Numbered from the whole stretch's first letter, positions 1 through 11,679 are shown. The stretch is DNA of 63,965 nucleotides, filler included, from Malassezia furfur (GCA_052055015.1; 4 parts of 4 records of this genome joined end to end with filler, not necessarily neighbours in it), one strand, 5' to 3'. Notes: generated by a model from the sequence alone, not told the origin. Made by a program: numbers and translations.

Positions 1-502
1 CCTTCTTGCCGACCTCGTCGATGCGGTTCTGCACCGCCTGCGTGTGCTGGCCACGCGCCTCGTTCAGGATGCCGGCGATTTTCTGCGTGAGTGCATGCGA
101 CGTACGTCAATCGTCGAGTTCGCCCACTCCGTGTACGGCTTCGCCGTGGCACGGCCGACAAACGTCGCGAAGATCAAAAAGGCGGCAAGGATGACCGACT
201 CATCGTTCGCGACGTACAGCTCGTTCGAGACGGTGAACGCGGTGAGACCAGCACCGAGCGTGACCCAGGTCGTCTTGGAGACCAGGCTGTTGCCAGGGAG
301 CGCGTCGAGCAGCGACGCAGCCTTGGCATCGGGCGTGGGCTCTGCGATCAGATAATCAAGCACGTACTGTCCGAGAAGGCGCGGGTAGCCAGCGCCGGGA
401 CGGTCTGACGGGGGACCGATGCAGCGAGAGCACGGCGAGTCGCGGCTAGGTGAGCAGGCATGACGCACCTTGCGCACTGCGGGTAGCGACGCGGAACACC
501 AT
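1..502 (-). CDS. ATP4: Mitochondrial ATP synthase subunit b (subunit 4); 3' part runs off the window
   Basis: Spliced protein MVFRVATRSAQ..PDAKAASLLDALPGNSLVSKT..SNELYVANDESV. GT-AG introns 446-468 (23 nt), 342-367 (26 nt) and 83-105 (23 nt) restore the frame. Confidence 0.9.
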
Positions 503-653
503 GACAATGGGCTTGGTTGGCAAAATCAACCCTCGCGACGCCGAGCAGCCCCGAGCCGGCCGGGCCCGCTGGCGCTCACGTGACACCACGTGGGGGTAGC
601 CGGCTTTGTGTCCGGGGGTGTGCGGGGTGAGTGACTGGTCGTCCGGCACGAGG

Positions 654-2117
654 ATGTAGGTGGTGCAACGCGCTAACGCAGGGCGTACCAGATATCGCGC
701 AAGTTATGGGCGAACATCAATCGGTTCGCCGAGTTCCCCCAAACGGGTGTATCGCTCCGACAGATGGTCATGTTCGGGCGGAACACCAACCCAGGCACCC
801 TGCTGCTCGCCAGTCAGTTCCTCATGGGTACGTGGCGCCCTACTCACCACAGAGGAGCTCCCCGTGCGCCTCGCGCACCGTGTCAAGGAGCTGCATGAGC
901 TCCCGTACGACCTCTCCAAGATGCCTTCGATTGTCAAGGTGAAGAACTGGTACGCGCAGTCCTTCGAGGAGCTCGTCCAGTTCCCCACACCCTGCCTCCC
1001 GGACTCAATCCAGCGCCGGCTCGCCAAGACCATTGCACAGGATGCGGGACAGGACTCCGTGCCCTCTACACCAAATCCGAGCCTGGGCGAGTCAGCCGCG
1101 CTCGAGGACGGCGTGTCCAAGACCCACCTCACCGCCAACCGCAAGTGGGGCAATCGCGTCGAGGAGCAACGCAAGCGGCAGCCGATCCTCAGCTACGGAA
1201 CTCACGCCAAGCTGGACGACATCAAGTGGCCGATGGAGGTGATCGAGTACAACAACAACTTCACTCGCTGCCTGGAGCGCATCAAGCGGCGACACGACGC
1301 GACGGTCACCACCGTCGCCCAGGGCGTGCTGGAGTACAAGCGTGCCAAGAAGAGCTCGGCGGATCAGGCGGACGTACAGACGTTTCTTGACCGCTTCTAC
1401 ATGTCGCGCATCGGCATTCGCATGCTAATTGGGCAGCACATTGCACTCGGGCGCTCCATCATGGACCGCAAGGGCGCCCTCGAGTACATCACCGGCGGCG
1501 GTACACAGGGTGCGTTGAGCGACGCGAGCGGTGCCGAGCCGGAGCAGTATGTGGGCATCATCTGCACGAATACCAGCGTCGGCGCCGTGGCGCACGAGGC
1601 AATTGAGAACGCGCGCTTCGTCTGCGAGGAGCACTACGGCCTCTTCCGCGCGCCGCCCGTCCAGCTTGTGTGCCCCAAGAACCTGACCTTTATGTACGTG
1701 CCGAGCCACTTGAACCACATGCTCTTTGAGCTGCTCAAGAACTCGCTGCGCGCTGTCGTTGAGCGCTATGGCACGGACAACGAGGACCAATTCCCGGCCA
1801 TCAAGGTGATCGTTGTTGAGGGCAAGGAAGACATCACGATCAAAATTAGCGACGAGGGCGGCGGCATCCCGCGCAGCGAAGTGCCGCTCGCATGGACCTA
1901 CATGTACACCACGGCCCGGGAAGAGGATCTGGACCCCGACTTCCAGTCGTCCGACTTCCAGGCGCCCATGGCCGGCTTCGGCTACGGCCTGCCGCTCGCA
2001 CGGCTCTACGCGCGCTACTTTGGCGGCGACTTGAAGCTGATCTCCATGGAGGGCTATGGCACCGACGTATACCTCCACCTGAACCGGCTCTCGTCGAGCC
2101 GCGAGCCGCTGCCATAG
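654..2117 (+). CDS. Mitochondrial pyruvate dehydrogenase/BCKD kinase (PDK family, GHKL ATPase)
   Basis: Motifs FPQTGVSLRQMVMFG, EELPVRLAHR, DRFYMSRIGIRML, ELLKNSLRA, DEGGG, GFGYGLP. Introns 656-681 (splits the ATG) and 828-852. Confidence 0.92.
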
Positions 2118-2159
2118 TCGATGATACCTCTTGCAAAATCATGTACACCGCTACTTCTC

Positions 2160-3953
2160 CTAGCTTGGCATTGGCGCACGCGGCGGAAGGTACTGCATCC
2201 CACCGGGAAAGCGTGCGGGGTCTGCATACGGCACGCCGTACCCTTTGGCGTACGGCGGGACGTCGTACTCGGGCGGCACGCCGCGCTCCTCGAGCGGCAC
2301 CGGCGCATCGTAGCCGCGCTCCATGTACCCAGGCGCTACCGGATACGACGGGCCATACCCAGCGGGCTGCGGCGGCGGCGCATACGGCGGATACATCTCT
2401 TGCATCGCCACCTCGTCCTGCCGCACGTACGGTGGGTACATGGGCGCCATCGGGCGGATGCCCATCTGGTCCATGTCCATCCACACGTCGTACTCGTCCA
2501 GACCGCGCAGGTCCGGGTACGCCATGTACGCGTGGATGTCCTCGTTGGGGTAGCGCTGCAGCGCATAATCGTAGCGGTCCACATCGCGCTGCGACCGCGC
2601 CGAGTACGCCGGCGGCTTGCGCACCAGCTCCGCCTCGAACGGCTGGTGTCGCCGGATCGGCTGCGGCGTGTCCAGCAGCCGCTTCTCCCGGTCGAGCCGG
2701 CGGCGCTTGCGCACTGTGTCCGAGATGAGGTCGCGGCGCACCGATGCCGCATCGTCACGCCAGTTGACCCACGCGATGGCATCCTCCGCCTTGGCCCACC
2801 GCGCCCGCTCGCGCTCTTCTTCGCCGAGCCAGTTTTGCAGCAGCGCCAGTCGCCGGTCGCGCCGCGCATCAATGATCATGTGCAGCAGCTGCAGCTCAGG
2901 GTGCGTCCCGTCGTGGATCATCTCGCTCTCGGCCTCCAGCTCCTCGAGCCGCTCGTGGTAAAGCCGGTCGCGCAGCATCGCATAGCCGATTTCGATGCGC
3001 GTCAGCAGGTCCACGGCTTCTTGCCGGCGCTGCATCGCTTCCACATCATCCTGCTCTGCGCCTTCGGCAGCAGGGGTGCCCGTGTCCTTCTCCTCGGCGT
3101 CCTGCTCACCCGCAGTGCCTTCGCCAGGCGCTTCGTCGCCGGCGTCTTCGCCAGGCGCTTCATCCTCCTCGCCCTGGTTGCCGGGCGCCTCGGCTTCATC
3201 GGGCTCATCCTTGACCGTGTCATCCCCACGCCCCTCCATCTCGGCGTCCAAGTCGTGCAGGCGCTCGCCCAGCTCCGACTCGGGCGAGTTTTGCCGGCTC
3301 GTCGCAGCCGACGGCGGCGCACTGCTGTCCGGATCGGGCTCGACCAACAGGCTCGGCGCACCGCCCGTCGCCGCCGCTCGCCGCTTGCCCGCAGCAGCGA
3401 TCACGGCACGACGGAGGGTCGAGCGGCCCTTGCGCGGCGTCGCCGGTGTCTCCACCGTGGTTTCCCCCGACTCGTCCTCCTCGTCGGAGCTGAGCGGAGA
3501 CGACGCTGTGGCCGCCACGATGGCATTGGGCGCCTCTTGCTCCAAGTTGGCCGTGGTCGATGCCACAGATGCGAGGCCCTCGAGCGCGTTGGGCGCCTCG
3601 TTGGGCGCCGCGGCCTCCTTGTCCGAGGCATCGTCGGAAAGCGTCGAGTTCTCTTCATCGCTCATCTCCGCCTCCTGCGGCCGCAACGGTTGCACTGTGC
3701 GGTCGGCATCGCTCTCCCCTTCTTCTGTGAGCTCGCTGCCCTCGCTAAACCCGTCGTCTGCGGGCGGCGGGGCGGGCGGCGCGTCCGGCACCCCTACCTG
3801 GGGAGGTGCTTCGAGCGGAGCGGCTTGCTCCATCGCTTCGTCGCTCGGACCGTCCGAGCCAGTGTCGTCAAACTGGAGCGGTTCCGTCTCGGCTTCCGAA
3901 GAGAGCGGTGACGTCGGTTCGTCCAGAGGGGGCGCTTCACCCGGCGTAGCCAT
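2160..3953 (-). CDS. DEP1: Sds3-like/Dep1 subunit of the Rpd3L histone deacetylase complex
   Basis: Acidic disordered N-terminus followed by the Sds3-type coiled coil RRQEAVDLLTRIEIGYAMLRDRLYHERLEELEAESEMIHDGTHPEL. Start taken at MATPGEAP. Confidence 0.75.
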   Translation of the reverse strand: MATPGEAPPLDEPTSPLSSEAETEPLQFDDTGSDGPSDEAMEQAAPLEAPPQVGVPDAPPAPPPADDGFSEGSELTEEGESDADRTVQPLRPQEAEMSDEENSTLSDDASDKEAAAPNEAPNALEGLASVASTTANLEQEAPNAIVAATASSPLSSDEEDESGETTVETPATPRKGRSTLRRAVIAAAGKRRAAATGGAPSLLVEPDPDSSAPPSAATSRQNSPESELGERLHDLDAEMEGRGDDTVKDEPDEAEAPGNQGEEDEAPGEDAGDEAPGEGTAGEQDAEEKDTGTPAAEGAEQDDVEAMQRRQEAVDLLTRIEIGYAMLRDRLYHERLEELEAESEMIHDGTHPELQLLHMIIDARRDRRLALLQNWLGEEERERARWAKAEDAIAWVNWRDDAASVRRDLISDTVRKRRRLDREKRLLDTPQPIRRHQPFEAELVRKPPAYSARSQRDVDRYDYALQRYPNEDIHAYMAYPDLRGLDEYDVWMDMDQMGIRPMAPMYPPYVRQDEVAMQEMYPPYAPPPQPAGYGPSYPVAPGYMERGYDAPVPLEERGVPPEYDVPPYAKGYGVPYADPARFPGGMQYLPPRAPMPS

Positions 3954-4046
3954 TCCTCCACGCCGTGCCGTTCCCTGATGGAGCAATGCACAGGTTGCGC
4001 GGGCGTCTCCACCTTTTACGTAAGCCATTTTTCTTGGGTGCAGACC

Positions 4047-4727
4047 ATGACCAAGCTGACTGAGGAGCAGCGGGACGACGTCCTGTACGCCGCGCGTGCG
4101 GGCGACCTCGAGGCACTCAACGAGACGATCAAAGAATTGGGAAGTGACAAGGCACACTCTGTTGGCGCCATCCTCGAAACGACCAACGACCAGGGGAATA
4201 CACCGCTCCACTTTGCGGCTGCCAACGGGCATGCCGGCGTGGTGCAGGCGCTCCTTGCAGAGGCTACGCTCAAGCCGCTTCTGAGCCAAAATGCTGCAGG
4301 GAACACGCCACTGCACTGGGCGGCGTTTAACGGCCACGTTGACGTTGCTGCTGCCCTCGTGGACCGCATCGAGGCCCTGGAAACCGCCGAGCCGGAGCAG
4401 GCCAAGGAGCTCCGCGCGGCCGAGGACCAGCGCGAGAAAGCGCGCCACGAAAAGACAAAGACCGAGGGCGAGAGTGAAGCAGAGGTCAAGGCCGAGCGCG
4501 AGCGCCATGAAGAGCAGCAACGCGAGCGGGCCATTTGGGACATTCGCAACGACGCCGGGCGCGGTCCTATGAGCGAGGCCCAGATGGTGGACCGCGAAGA
4601 CGTCGTGCAGATGCTCCTGGGGCGTCTTGCACAGCACGACAAGGGCAACGTCGCGGAACCGCCTGCGGAGGCCGCCGCACCCGTCGACGAGGTGGAAACC
4701 AAGACGGCTCAGTTGGATATCCAGTAG
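4047..4727 (+). CDS. YAR1: Ankyrin-repeat protein, Yar1-like (Rps3 chaperone)
   Basis: DDVLYAARAGDLEAL, GNTPLHFAAANGH, GNTPLHWAAFNGH, IRNDAGRGPMSEA. Confidence 0.8.
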   Translation: MTKLTEEQRDDVLYAARAGDLEALNETIKELGSDKAHSVGAILETTNDQGNTPLHFAAANGHAGVVQALLAEATLKPLLSQNAAGNTPLHWAAFNGHVDVAAALVDRIEALETAEPEQAKELRAAEDQREKARHEKTKTEGESEAEVKAERERHEEQQRERAIWDIRNDAGRGPMSEAQMVDREDVVQMLLGRLAQHDKGNVAEPPAEAAAPVDEVETKTAQLDIQ

Positions 4728-4734
4728 GATGAGG

Positions 4735-5693
4735 CTATGTACTCAGTTCTCGCTTCACGGCCTCATATACGACAAACTGCATCAGTCATGCATCCCACGT
4801 ACCAGTGCCGCATTCGCAGGTATCGCACGGAGTACCGTCGTACTCGCTCCGGCAAAGAGCGCACCTAGGCCGCCTTGGCGGTACGTCGCCCGAAGTACCG
4901 GCCAGAAGCCAGGCGTGTGGTTCCGGAAGGAGGAGATAGGCTCTGCCTGGATCCTCGTCTTGACCACATCTGCCCAGTACGTTGCCAGCCAGCCGACAAC
5001 GCCGGCAAGGGCGCCGGACACGGCCATTTCTGCATTGCTGAGCTCCGGCTTGGTCTCTGTATGCATTAGGAGCATCCACCGGTTTAGCAGTGCATAGGTA
5101 AAGAAGTAGGGACCATAGCCAATGTCCCGGATGCACGTTGCGCCGAAGCCGTGGAAGAAGGCACGCAGGCCACCGGCGCGCCAAACACCCTCGATCGCTT
5201 GCACGTATGTCGTACGCTGCGTTGCAGACGTGTTGATCTGCTGCTGAATTTTGAAGAGCTCCATCGGCGAAGTGATCAACGCCGACCCAATGCCACTTGC
5301 CATGCCGGCCAGGAACGTTTGTGCCAAGGTCGGCTCCACAGTACGCGCATGGGCTCCTTGGAGCATTGCGAGCGAAGCATCGTACAGGAAGAATATAGAC
5401 GCATTCATGGCCGCTACACCCAGCTGGATTAGTTCCTCACGCACCATAGGGGATAACACGCCCTTGTACAGCCCCACGACGCGCTCTTCACGGACAATGC
5501 GCCCAAACGCATTGAGCGTACCGGTATAATGAATCGCCAAAAGGGGCACCCCTGGTAAGAGCGGCTGCGTAGGACCAACAGGAGCCTGCGCCTGCAGACG
5601 TGTCTTGACCGTGTCAAACGGGTGGCCCACGACCACACTCGCGATCCCGCCAGCCGTTCCCGCGAAGAATTCGACCCATCCCGGCGGCAGCAT
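4735..5693 (-). CDS. Mitochondrial carrier (SLC25; basic amino acid/carnitine-type)
   Basis: Three carrier signatures: HPFDTVKTRLQ, PMELFKIQQQ, YWADVVKTRIQ. Introns 5424-5444 (21 nt) and 4777-4802 (26 nt) give SPMLGVA and ANAALFVVYE. Confidence 0.9.
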
Positions 5694-5790
5694 CGCGGTG
5701 CTCCACACGAATCGCCGCCCGCACGGACATGCGACTTCGCCCGATGAAATAGAGACCCTGACCCGATACGACAGATAAGGTGGTGCTACC

Positions 5791-8700
5791 ATGTCCGGCG
5801 TCCCCACCGAGCGGTTGATTGACATCGACCCGGAGCAAGGACAGGCTCCTTCAACGGTCGAGGACCAGCATGGTGTTTCCGAGAAGGTAGCCCCGCCGTC
5901 GAAGCGCACGAAGCAGAAAGGCGATACGCAGTCGTCGTCTAAACGCTTCGTCGGTCTTCCTTTGTGGGTTTGGTTCCTGCTTGTCACCCTCTTCGTGACC
6001 AACAAGATTGACAGTGTGGAAGATGCAGTGAAGGGCGTCGTCTCCAACACATCCAGGCTGCGCACGGGCAAGAAAATCCGCGAGTCGGACCGGGAGCAAT
6101 GCAACCTGATCCGCGGACGCGCAGGTCCCCCACCGAAATTCGACAAACGCACCCAGAACGATCGTTTTTACGCTGGCACCAAGCCGACTCTCATTCGTAA
6201 TGCCACCCTGTGGGACGGCGAAGACATTTCGCACGAGATGGACATCCTCCTAGACAACGGCCTGATCGCCTTTGTGAAGAAATCTGGCTCGAGCGCCAGC
6301 GCACGGACGCATGGTGCCCATGTCGTCGAGGCGCACGGCCGCTGGGTGACGCCGGGAATTATCGACTTGCACACGCACCTGGGCGTGATGGGCATGCCTA
6401 CGCAGCCCACGACCATGGACGGCAACTCCTTCCGCGGTCCGACGCGTCCGATGGTGCGCAGCATCGACAGTTTCAACGAGCACGACCAGGACCTACACGC
6501 AGCAGTGGACGGCGGGATCACCTCGGCGCTCGTCCTCCCGGGATCGCTTGACAATATCGGCGGACAGGCCTACCCCATCAAGCTCGGCAAGCTGCACGGA
6601 CGACCCCCCAGCTCACGCGTGTTGGACCCTCCGCGTAGTATGGTGATGCCCGGGGAGCGCGAGCATGGCCGCGACGCCTTGTACGAAGCCTCGACAGGAA
6701 TGCATCGCAAGGACCACTCGACGTCGTTTCGCCAGATCAAGATGGCGTGCGGCGAAAATGCGCGCAAGTATGGGCTCGTGCGCATGGACGAGGCATGGAA
6801 CTTCCGCCGCGAATTCGAGCGTGCCCAAAAGTTGCTTCGGCGCCAGGACGATTTCTGCGACGCGCTCTACGGCTCGGGAGCCCCGGAAGAGCCGAGTTTT
6901 CCCTCCGAGCTGGAGCTCGATTCGCTGGTCGATGTGCTGCGTGGGCGCACCAAAGTGCACACGCACTGCTACACGATGAACGATCTCGACGCCATGGTGC
7001 GGCACTCGACCGAGTTCGGTTTCCCCATCGCGGCATTCCACCATGCGCATGAGACCTACCTGGTGCCCGAGCTGCTGCACAAGGCCTACGAGCATCCACC
7101 GGCCGTGGCCATGTTTAGCCAAAACGCCAACTACAAGTACGAGTCGTACTTCGGCACTCCTTTCGCTGCGACACTCCTTCGTGCTGCCAACATCACCCCC
7201 ATCTTCAAAAGCGACCACCCTGTGCTGGACACGCGGCGCCTGGTGCACCAGGCCGCCGAGGCGCACCACTATGGCCTCGCCGAGGTGGATGCACTGAAGG
7301 CGGTCACGTCGGCCCCTGCGCACGTCCTGGGCCTCGCGCACCGCATTGGCCACGTCAAACAGGGCTGGGACGCCGACCTAGTGCTGTGGGACCGCCATCC
7401 CTTGCAGCTGGGCGCGACGCCGAAGCAGGTCTTTATCGACGGCGAGGCACAGCTCCGCAACCCGACTGCCTCGGGCGAGGACGTGGCCCACACCGAGCAG
7501 CAATCGACGCCGCGGCAGCCCGACTACTCCATTGAGCTAGCGCGCGTCGAGGCGATGGAACCGGCGATCGTCGACGACCGCGCGTTCGCCTTCCCCACGC
7601 CCGACGAGACGGTAGACCACGCTGTGCTCTACAACCTGTACCAGTTCTTCCACCGGCGTACCGACGGACACGGCACGCACATCGTCGCCGAGACGTTCCA
7701 CGATGGCAAGGGCGTGCTGGTGTACGCGAACGGCTCGCTCGTGTGCGTCGGCCGGTCGGACTGCATGGCGCTTGCACCCAAGCATGCCCGCCGTGTGGAC
7801 CTGCACAACGGTACTGTGATCCCCGGCTTGGTTGCGTACGGCGCGACGCTGGGTATTGCTGACCTCCCGGCAGAGTCCACGGCGAACGCAGGACAGGATG
7901 CTTCGGATGTGAACGAACATGGTGAACTTGCATCGCGTGTGACACCGCGCGCAGTCGACGAGCTGCTCTGGGGTGGGCACGACCTGCTCCGCGCGCACGC
8001 AGCGGGCGTCACCACCGCGGTGAACGCGCCCAATGTGGACGGCCTCGTGGGCGGCATTTCGGCGCAGTTTGACACGAACGTGCGCAACATTCTGGACGCG
8101 TTCAGCGTGCGTGCCTCCGAGGTGGCCATGCACGTCCACCTCACCCATACGGGGCCGTCTTGGGCGTCGCAGATCGGCGTGCTGCGCCGCGCGCTCCTAC
8201 ACCCGCCTACGGACGAATGGAAGCGCGTGGCCGAAGGGAAGCTGCCGCTCGTGGCTAAGGCCAACGCGCAGTCCACGATCGCCCAGCTCGTGCTGCTGCG
8301 CAAGGACTTCCCACGCGTACACCTCGTCCTGGACTCCACGGCGCCGCTGCACCTGCTGGCCGAGCACCTGTCCGCGCACCACATCGGTGTGCTGCTGCCT
8401 CCAAAGGTCTGGGCGTACCAATGGGATGGCTTGGACCGCCTGCGTGGCCCACCGTTTACGCAAGACACCGAGATAGGCGTGTTGCTGAAGCACGGTGTAC
8501 GTGTGGGCGTGCGGATCGAAGAAGCCTGGGAGGCGACCAAGCTACTATGGGAAACTGCCTGGGCGGCGCAAGAGGCGCACGTCGCCGATCCCGCGCAGGT
8601 CCTGGAGTTGCTGACGACCAAGTACGTGTGTGTGTGTGCTGACCCAGTGTCGAAGCGCTGCTTCGCCTGCCTGCGGCCCCGGGTGCCGACTTTGTCGCCT

Positions 8701-8812
8701 TCGACGTACGTCCCCCTGCCCTGCCACGTGCTGACCGCAGAGCAATCCGTTTGTGTACGGTGCCAAGGTGCTCGCCATCGGCACGCCGCGTGCCCTCGAA
8801 CTCTTTCTGTAG
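5791..8812 (+). CDS. Two-domain metal-dependent amidohydrolase with an N-terminal membrane anchor
   Basis: TPGIIDLHTHLG, KMACGEN, HCY, HHAHE, KSDHP, IGHVKQGWDADLVLWD, followed by a second degenerate barrel. Introns 8622-8647 and 8706-8740 give the C-terminus ..DFVAFDSNPF..LELFL*. Confidence 0.85.
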
Positions 8813-8996
8813 CCACATCGCGTCTCTGTATGGGTGTGCATCCAGTTGCATTTTCCAAAATTCAGCCAAGCTGAATAGTACATGTGGCTCGACACCACCT
8901 CTGTGGGCGCTCTAATCTACTAAACATCCATAGAGCAGCCGGCCAGAGTATTTCCATGCCAGCTGGCAGAGCCGGCGAACAGAGTACATCAGACAA

Positions 8997-9544
8997 TTAG
9001 ATGTACGTGTCGTAGGGCTGGGGAGCCAGCGTCACGGGCAGGTTCTCGTTGGTCGAGATGGTGTGGCCGTTGCGCGGCTGCGCGGGCTGACGCTTGAGGT
9101 CGACGTGCTCTGATGGTCAGTGGTACAAATACATACCGCCCCTCTCCTTGGCAGCGCGCTTGGCAGCCGCGTTGGTCTTCACACGGTTCAGGAAGTCGTC
9201 ACGGCACTTGGAGTGACGGACGTGCTCGACACGAAGGTTGACACGCTTCTCGATCTTGCGGTTGCCCACGGTCTTGTAGATAATCACACCCACTGATGGT
9301 TAGTATGTTGTTGCTCAGGTTGTCACATACCAGCACGGGGGAAGACGCCGTACACGACACCAGTGCGGCCCTGGTAGTACTTGTGCGGCATGCCCTTCTG
9401 CTCACCCGGGTCGGCGACAATGTCGACAATGTCGCCCGAGTGGAACGGCCTCAAGTAGCGGCTGACCTGAACCTGGCCATGCTTCTTGAACTGCTTGGCA
9501 AACATGTGCCTAGTGCGGGCCCTGTAACCATAACTGTGCGGCAT
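8997..9544 (-). CDS. RPL21: 60S ribosomal protein eL21
   Basis: [42 protein letters not shown]. Introns 9293-9330 and 9110-9136. Confidence 0.97.
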
Positions 9545-9709
9545 CTTGACAGATTACTCGGTGGGAGGCAGGACGTAGCGGCGCTTCGCAGGCGCTTGAG
9601 ACCCTCTTTGGAACTACATTCCGTCACGTGATAATTATAATTTTTCGGCCGGCGACGCGAGCGGAAGAAGAGGCACGCCTACGCTGTCTCTCACTCAACG
9701 CCTTCCAGC

Positions 9710-10321
9710 ATGCCGGTCGCTACTCACCACTGCAAGGGCGCGCCCCGCAACTACAGCAAGACTTACAAGGTTCCCCGTCGTCCTTTCGAGAGCCCTCGTC
9801 TGGACGCCGAGCTCAAGCTCGCGGGTGAGTACGGTCTGAAGAACAAGACCGAGATCTGGCGCATCGCCCTGACGCTGTCCAAGATCCGTCGTGCCGCTCG
9901 TGAGCTGCTCAAGCTCGACGAGAAGGACCCCAAGCGTCTCTTCGAGGGTAACGCCATTATCCGCCGTCTGATCCGCATCGGTGTGCTCGACGAGTCGCGC
10001 ATGAAGCTCGATTACGTGCTGGCCCTCAACATTGAGGACTTCCTCGAGCGCCGCCTGCAGACTCAGGTGTACAAGAGCGGTCTCGCGCGCAGCATCCACC
10101 ACGCGCGTGTGCTCATCTACCAGCGCCACATCCGTGTTGGCAAGCAGATCGTCACCTCGCCGTCGTTCATTGTCCGTCTCGAGTCCCAGAAGCACATCGA
10201 CTTTGCGCTCAACTCGCCGTACGCTGGTGCCCGCCCCGGCCGTGTTAAGCGCAAGCGCATGGCTTCGGCGGCCGCGAACGAGGGCGGCGATGAGGAGGGC
10301 GGTGACGAGGAGGAGGAGTAA
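9710..10321 (+). CDS. RPS9: 40S ribosomal protein uS4 (S9)
   Basis: [47 protein letters not shown]. Confidence 0.97.
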   Translation: MPVATHHCKGAPRNYSKTYKVPRRPFESPRLDAELKLAGEYGLKNKTEIWRIALTLSKIRRAARELLKLDEKDPKRLFEGNAIIRRLIRIGVLDESRMKLDYVLALNIEDFLERRLQTQVYKSGLARSIHHARVLIYQRHIRVGKQIVTSPSFIVRLESQKHIDFALNSPYAGARPGRVKRKRMASAAANEGGDEEGGDEEEE

Positions 10322-10329
10322 ATGCTCGT

Positions 10330-10494
10330 CCTCTGACCGTACCACTTTTTACCCGGTTCTAGATGCACACTGGCACTTCTCCCAGTGCGCATGTAGAAGG
10401 CTACTGGCAATTTTGTACTCTCTCTGGCCTCTAGGCCAGAAATCTTGCCCTGCAGCTAGTTGCTCTGTAGCAACACAAAAAGCAATACGAGAAG
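10330..10494 (-). ncRNA. Candidate structured RNA (four-way junction), family unassigned
   Basis: 14-bp closing helix plus three adjacent hairpins. Several pairs are G-U on the minus strand and would be A-C mismatches on plus. Lies in a relatively AT-rich, unusually long convergent spacer. Confidence 0.5.
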
Positions 10495-10544
10495 CGTAAA
10501 AGACATCTTTGCTTGGGAATCTATGTGCACCTCCTCCGATAGCG

Positions 10545-11679
10545 TCAACGTCGCGCATTGGCGTCCTTCAGCCGCGACTTGAACCGATTCAGACGCTGGT
10601 GGTTGGCAATCCGCGCGCGGTGCTCGTGGTCGTTGCCGCTGCCGCTCACATGGCTGCGCGGCGCGACCTGGAAGCCGGTCGTGACCGCCTGCGGAATGCC
10701 CACGTGTCGGCGCGTCTTGTCGGTGGAGACCGTGGCGCTGGTCACCTGGCTCGACGGGTTGTGTGGCGAGTTTTGGTACCACTCGGCCTGCGACACATGG
10801 CGGTCGCGGTACGACGCCGAGCGCTTGAGGATTGGGCGCGTCCACACCTCAATCAGGTGCTCGGCGCTGCGGCGGATGGGTGTTTCCACACGCTCGCACA
10901 GGCTGTAGAACACCACGACGCGGCCCAGCCCGCTCATCTTCAAACTGATCGTGTCGATCGTCATCTTCTCCAGCACACCAAATAGCTGCTTCTGGATGTT
11001 GAGCGCCGGCAGACTGCGGTCCGGCAATGGCTCCAGCCATCGCTTGACGCCCTCGAGTAGGTTGTTGTCCATAATCGCCTGGTGCAAGTGCGTCTTTTGC
11101 AGCGTGCTCACTACACGGGGAAGGAGGCGCAGCTTGGCCGTCGCGGGCTGCTTGAACTTGTTCGCCTCCTCGTCCTCATCCGCGGCAATGATCATTTCTG
11201 TCCGCAGTGCCGACACTTCTTCGTCGGCCATCAGCTCGAGATCGTCCTCGCCCGCAGCGCGACGGCGCGTCGACCGCCGCTTGCCCGCCTTGAGCGCGGC
11301 GTCAATCTGGGCATTCACCTGGGCACGAATCACTGCGGTGAGCCACGCAACGACATACTCTCTTTGGTTGACATGGCCGGCTGCTCCTCTTGCTCTTCGT
11401 GCTCCGATTCTTCGGCAGCAGGCGGTGCTGCCTCCTCCTCGTCTGTGCTCTTGCTCTTTTTTCTGTTGTGAGTGCACCGGGTACCTACTTCTTCTTCGGC
11501 AGGCTGGTCAGCGCGTCGTCCGCGCTGTCGACCTCCTTGCGGGGGATGCTCGGCAGCTGCGCTTCCTCGGGCGCCGGAGCCTCGCCGTGCTGTGACCCCT
11601 CGTCATCCGAGTCACCGCCTATGTGAGTCAAATGCGCACACGCACCAAAGATCTGCCGATGGTCTGCGTCGTCCGACAT
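10545..11679 (-). CDS. IWS1: Transcription elongation factor Iws1/Spn1
   Basis: [51 protein letters not shown]. Introns 11619-11645, 11463-11488, 11333-11358. Confidence 0.93.

Noticed and set aside
9716..9736. Possible 21-nt intron in RPS9 (GTCGCT..AAG) giving MPGAPRNY
   Set aside because: Donor, branch position and acceptor do not fit the local consensus. Left unresolved and not counted.
10490..10510. GUCUUUUAC resembling U5 loop 1
   Set aside because: Mismatch to the invariant GCCUUUUAC and no proper flanking stem.
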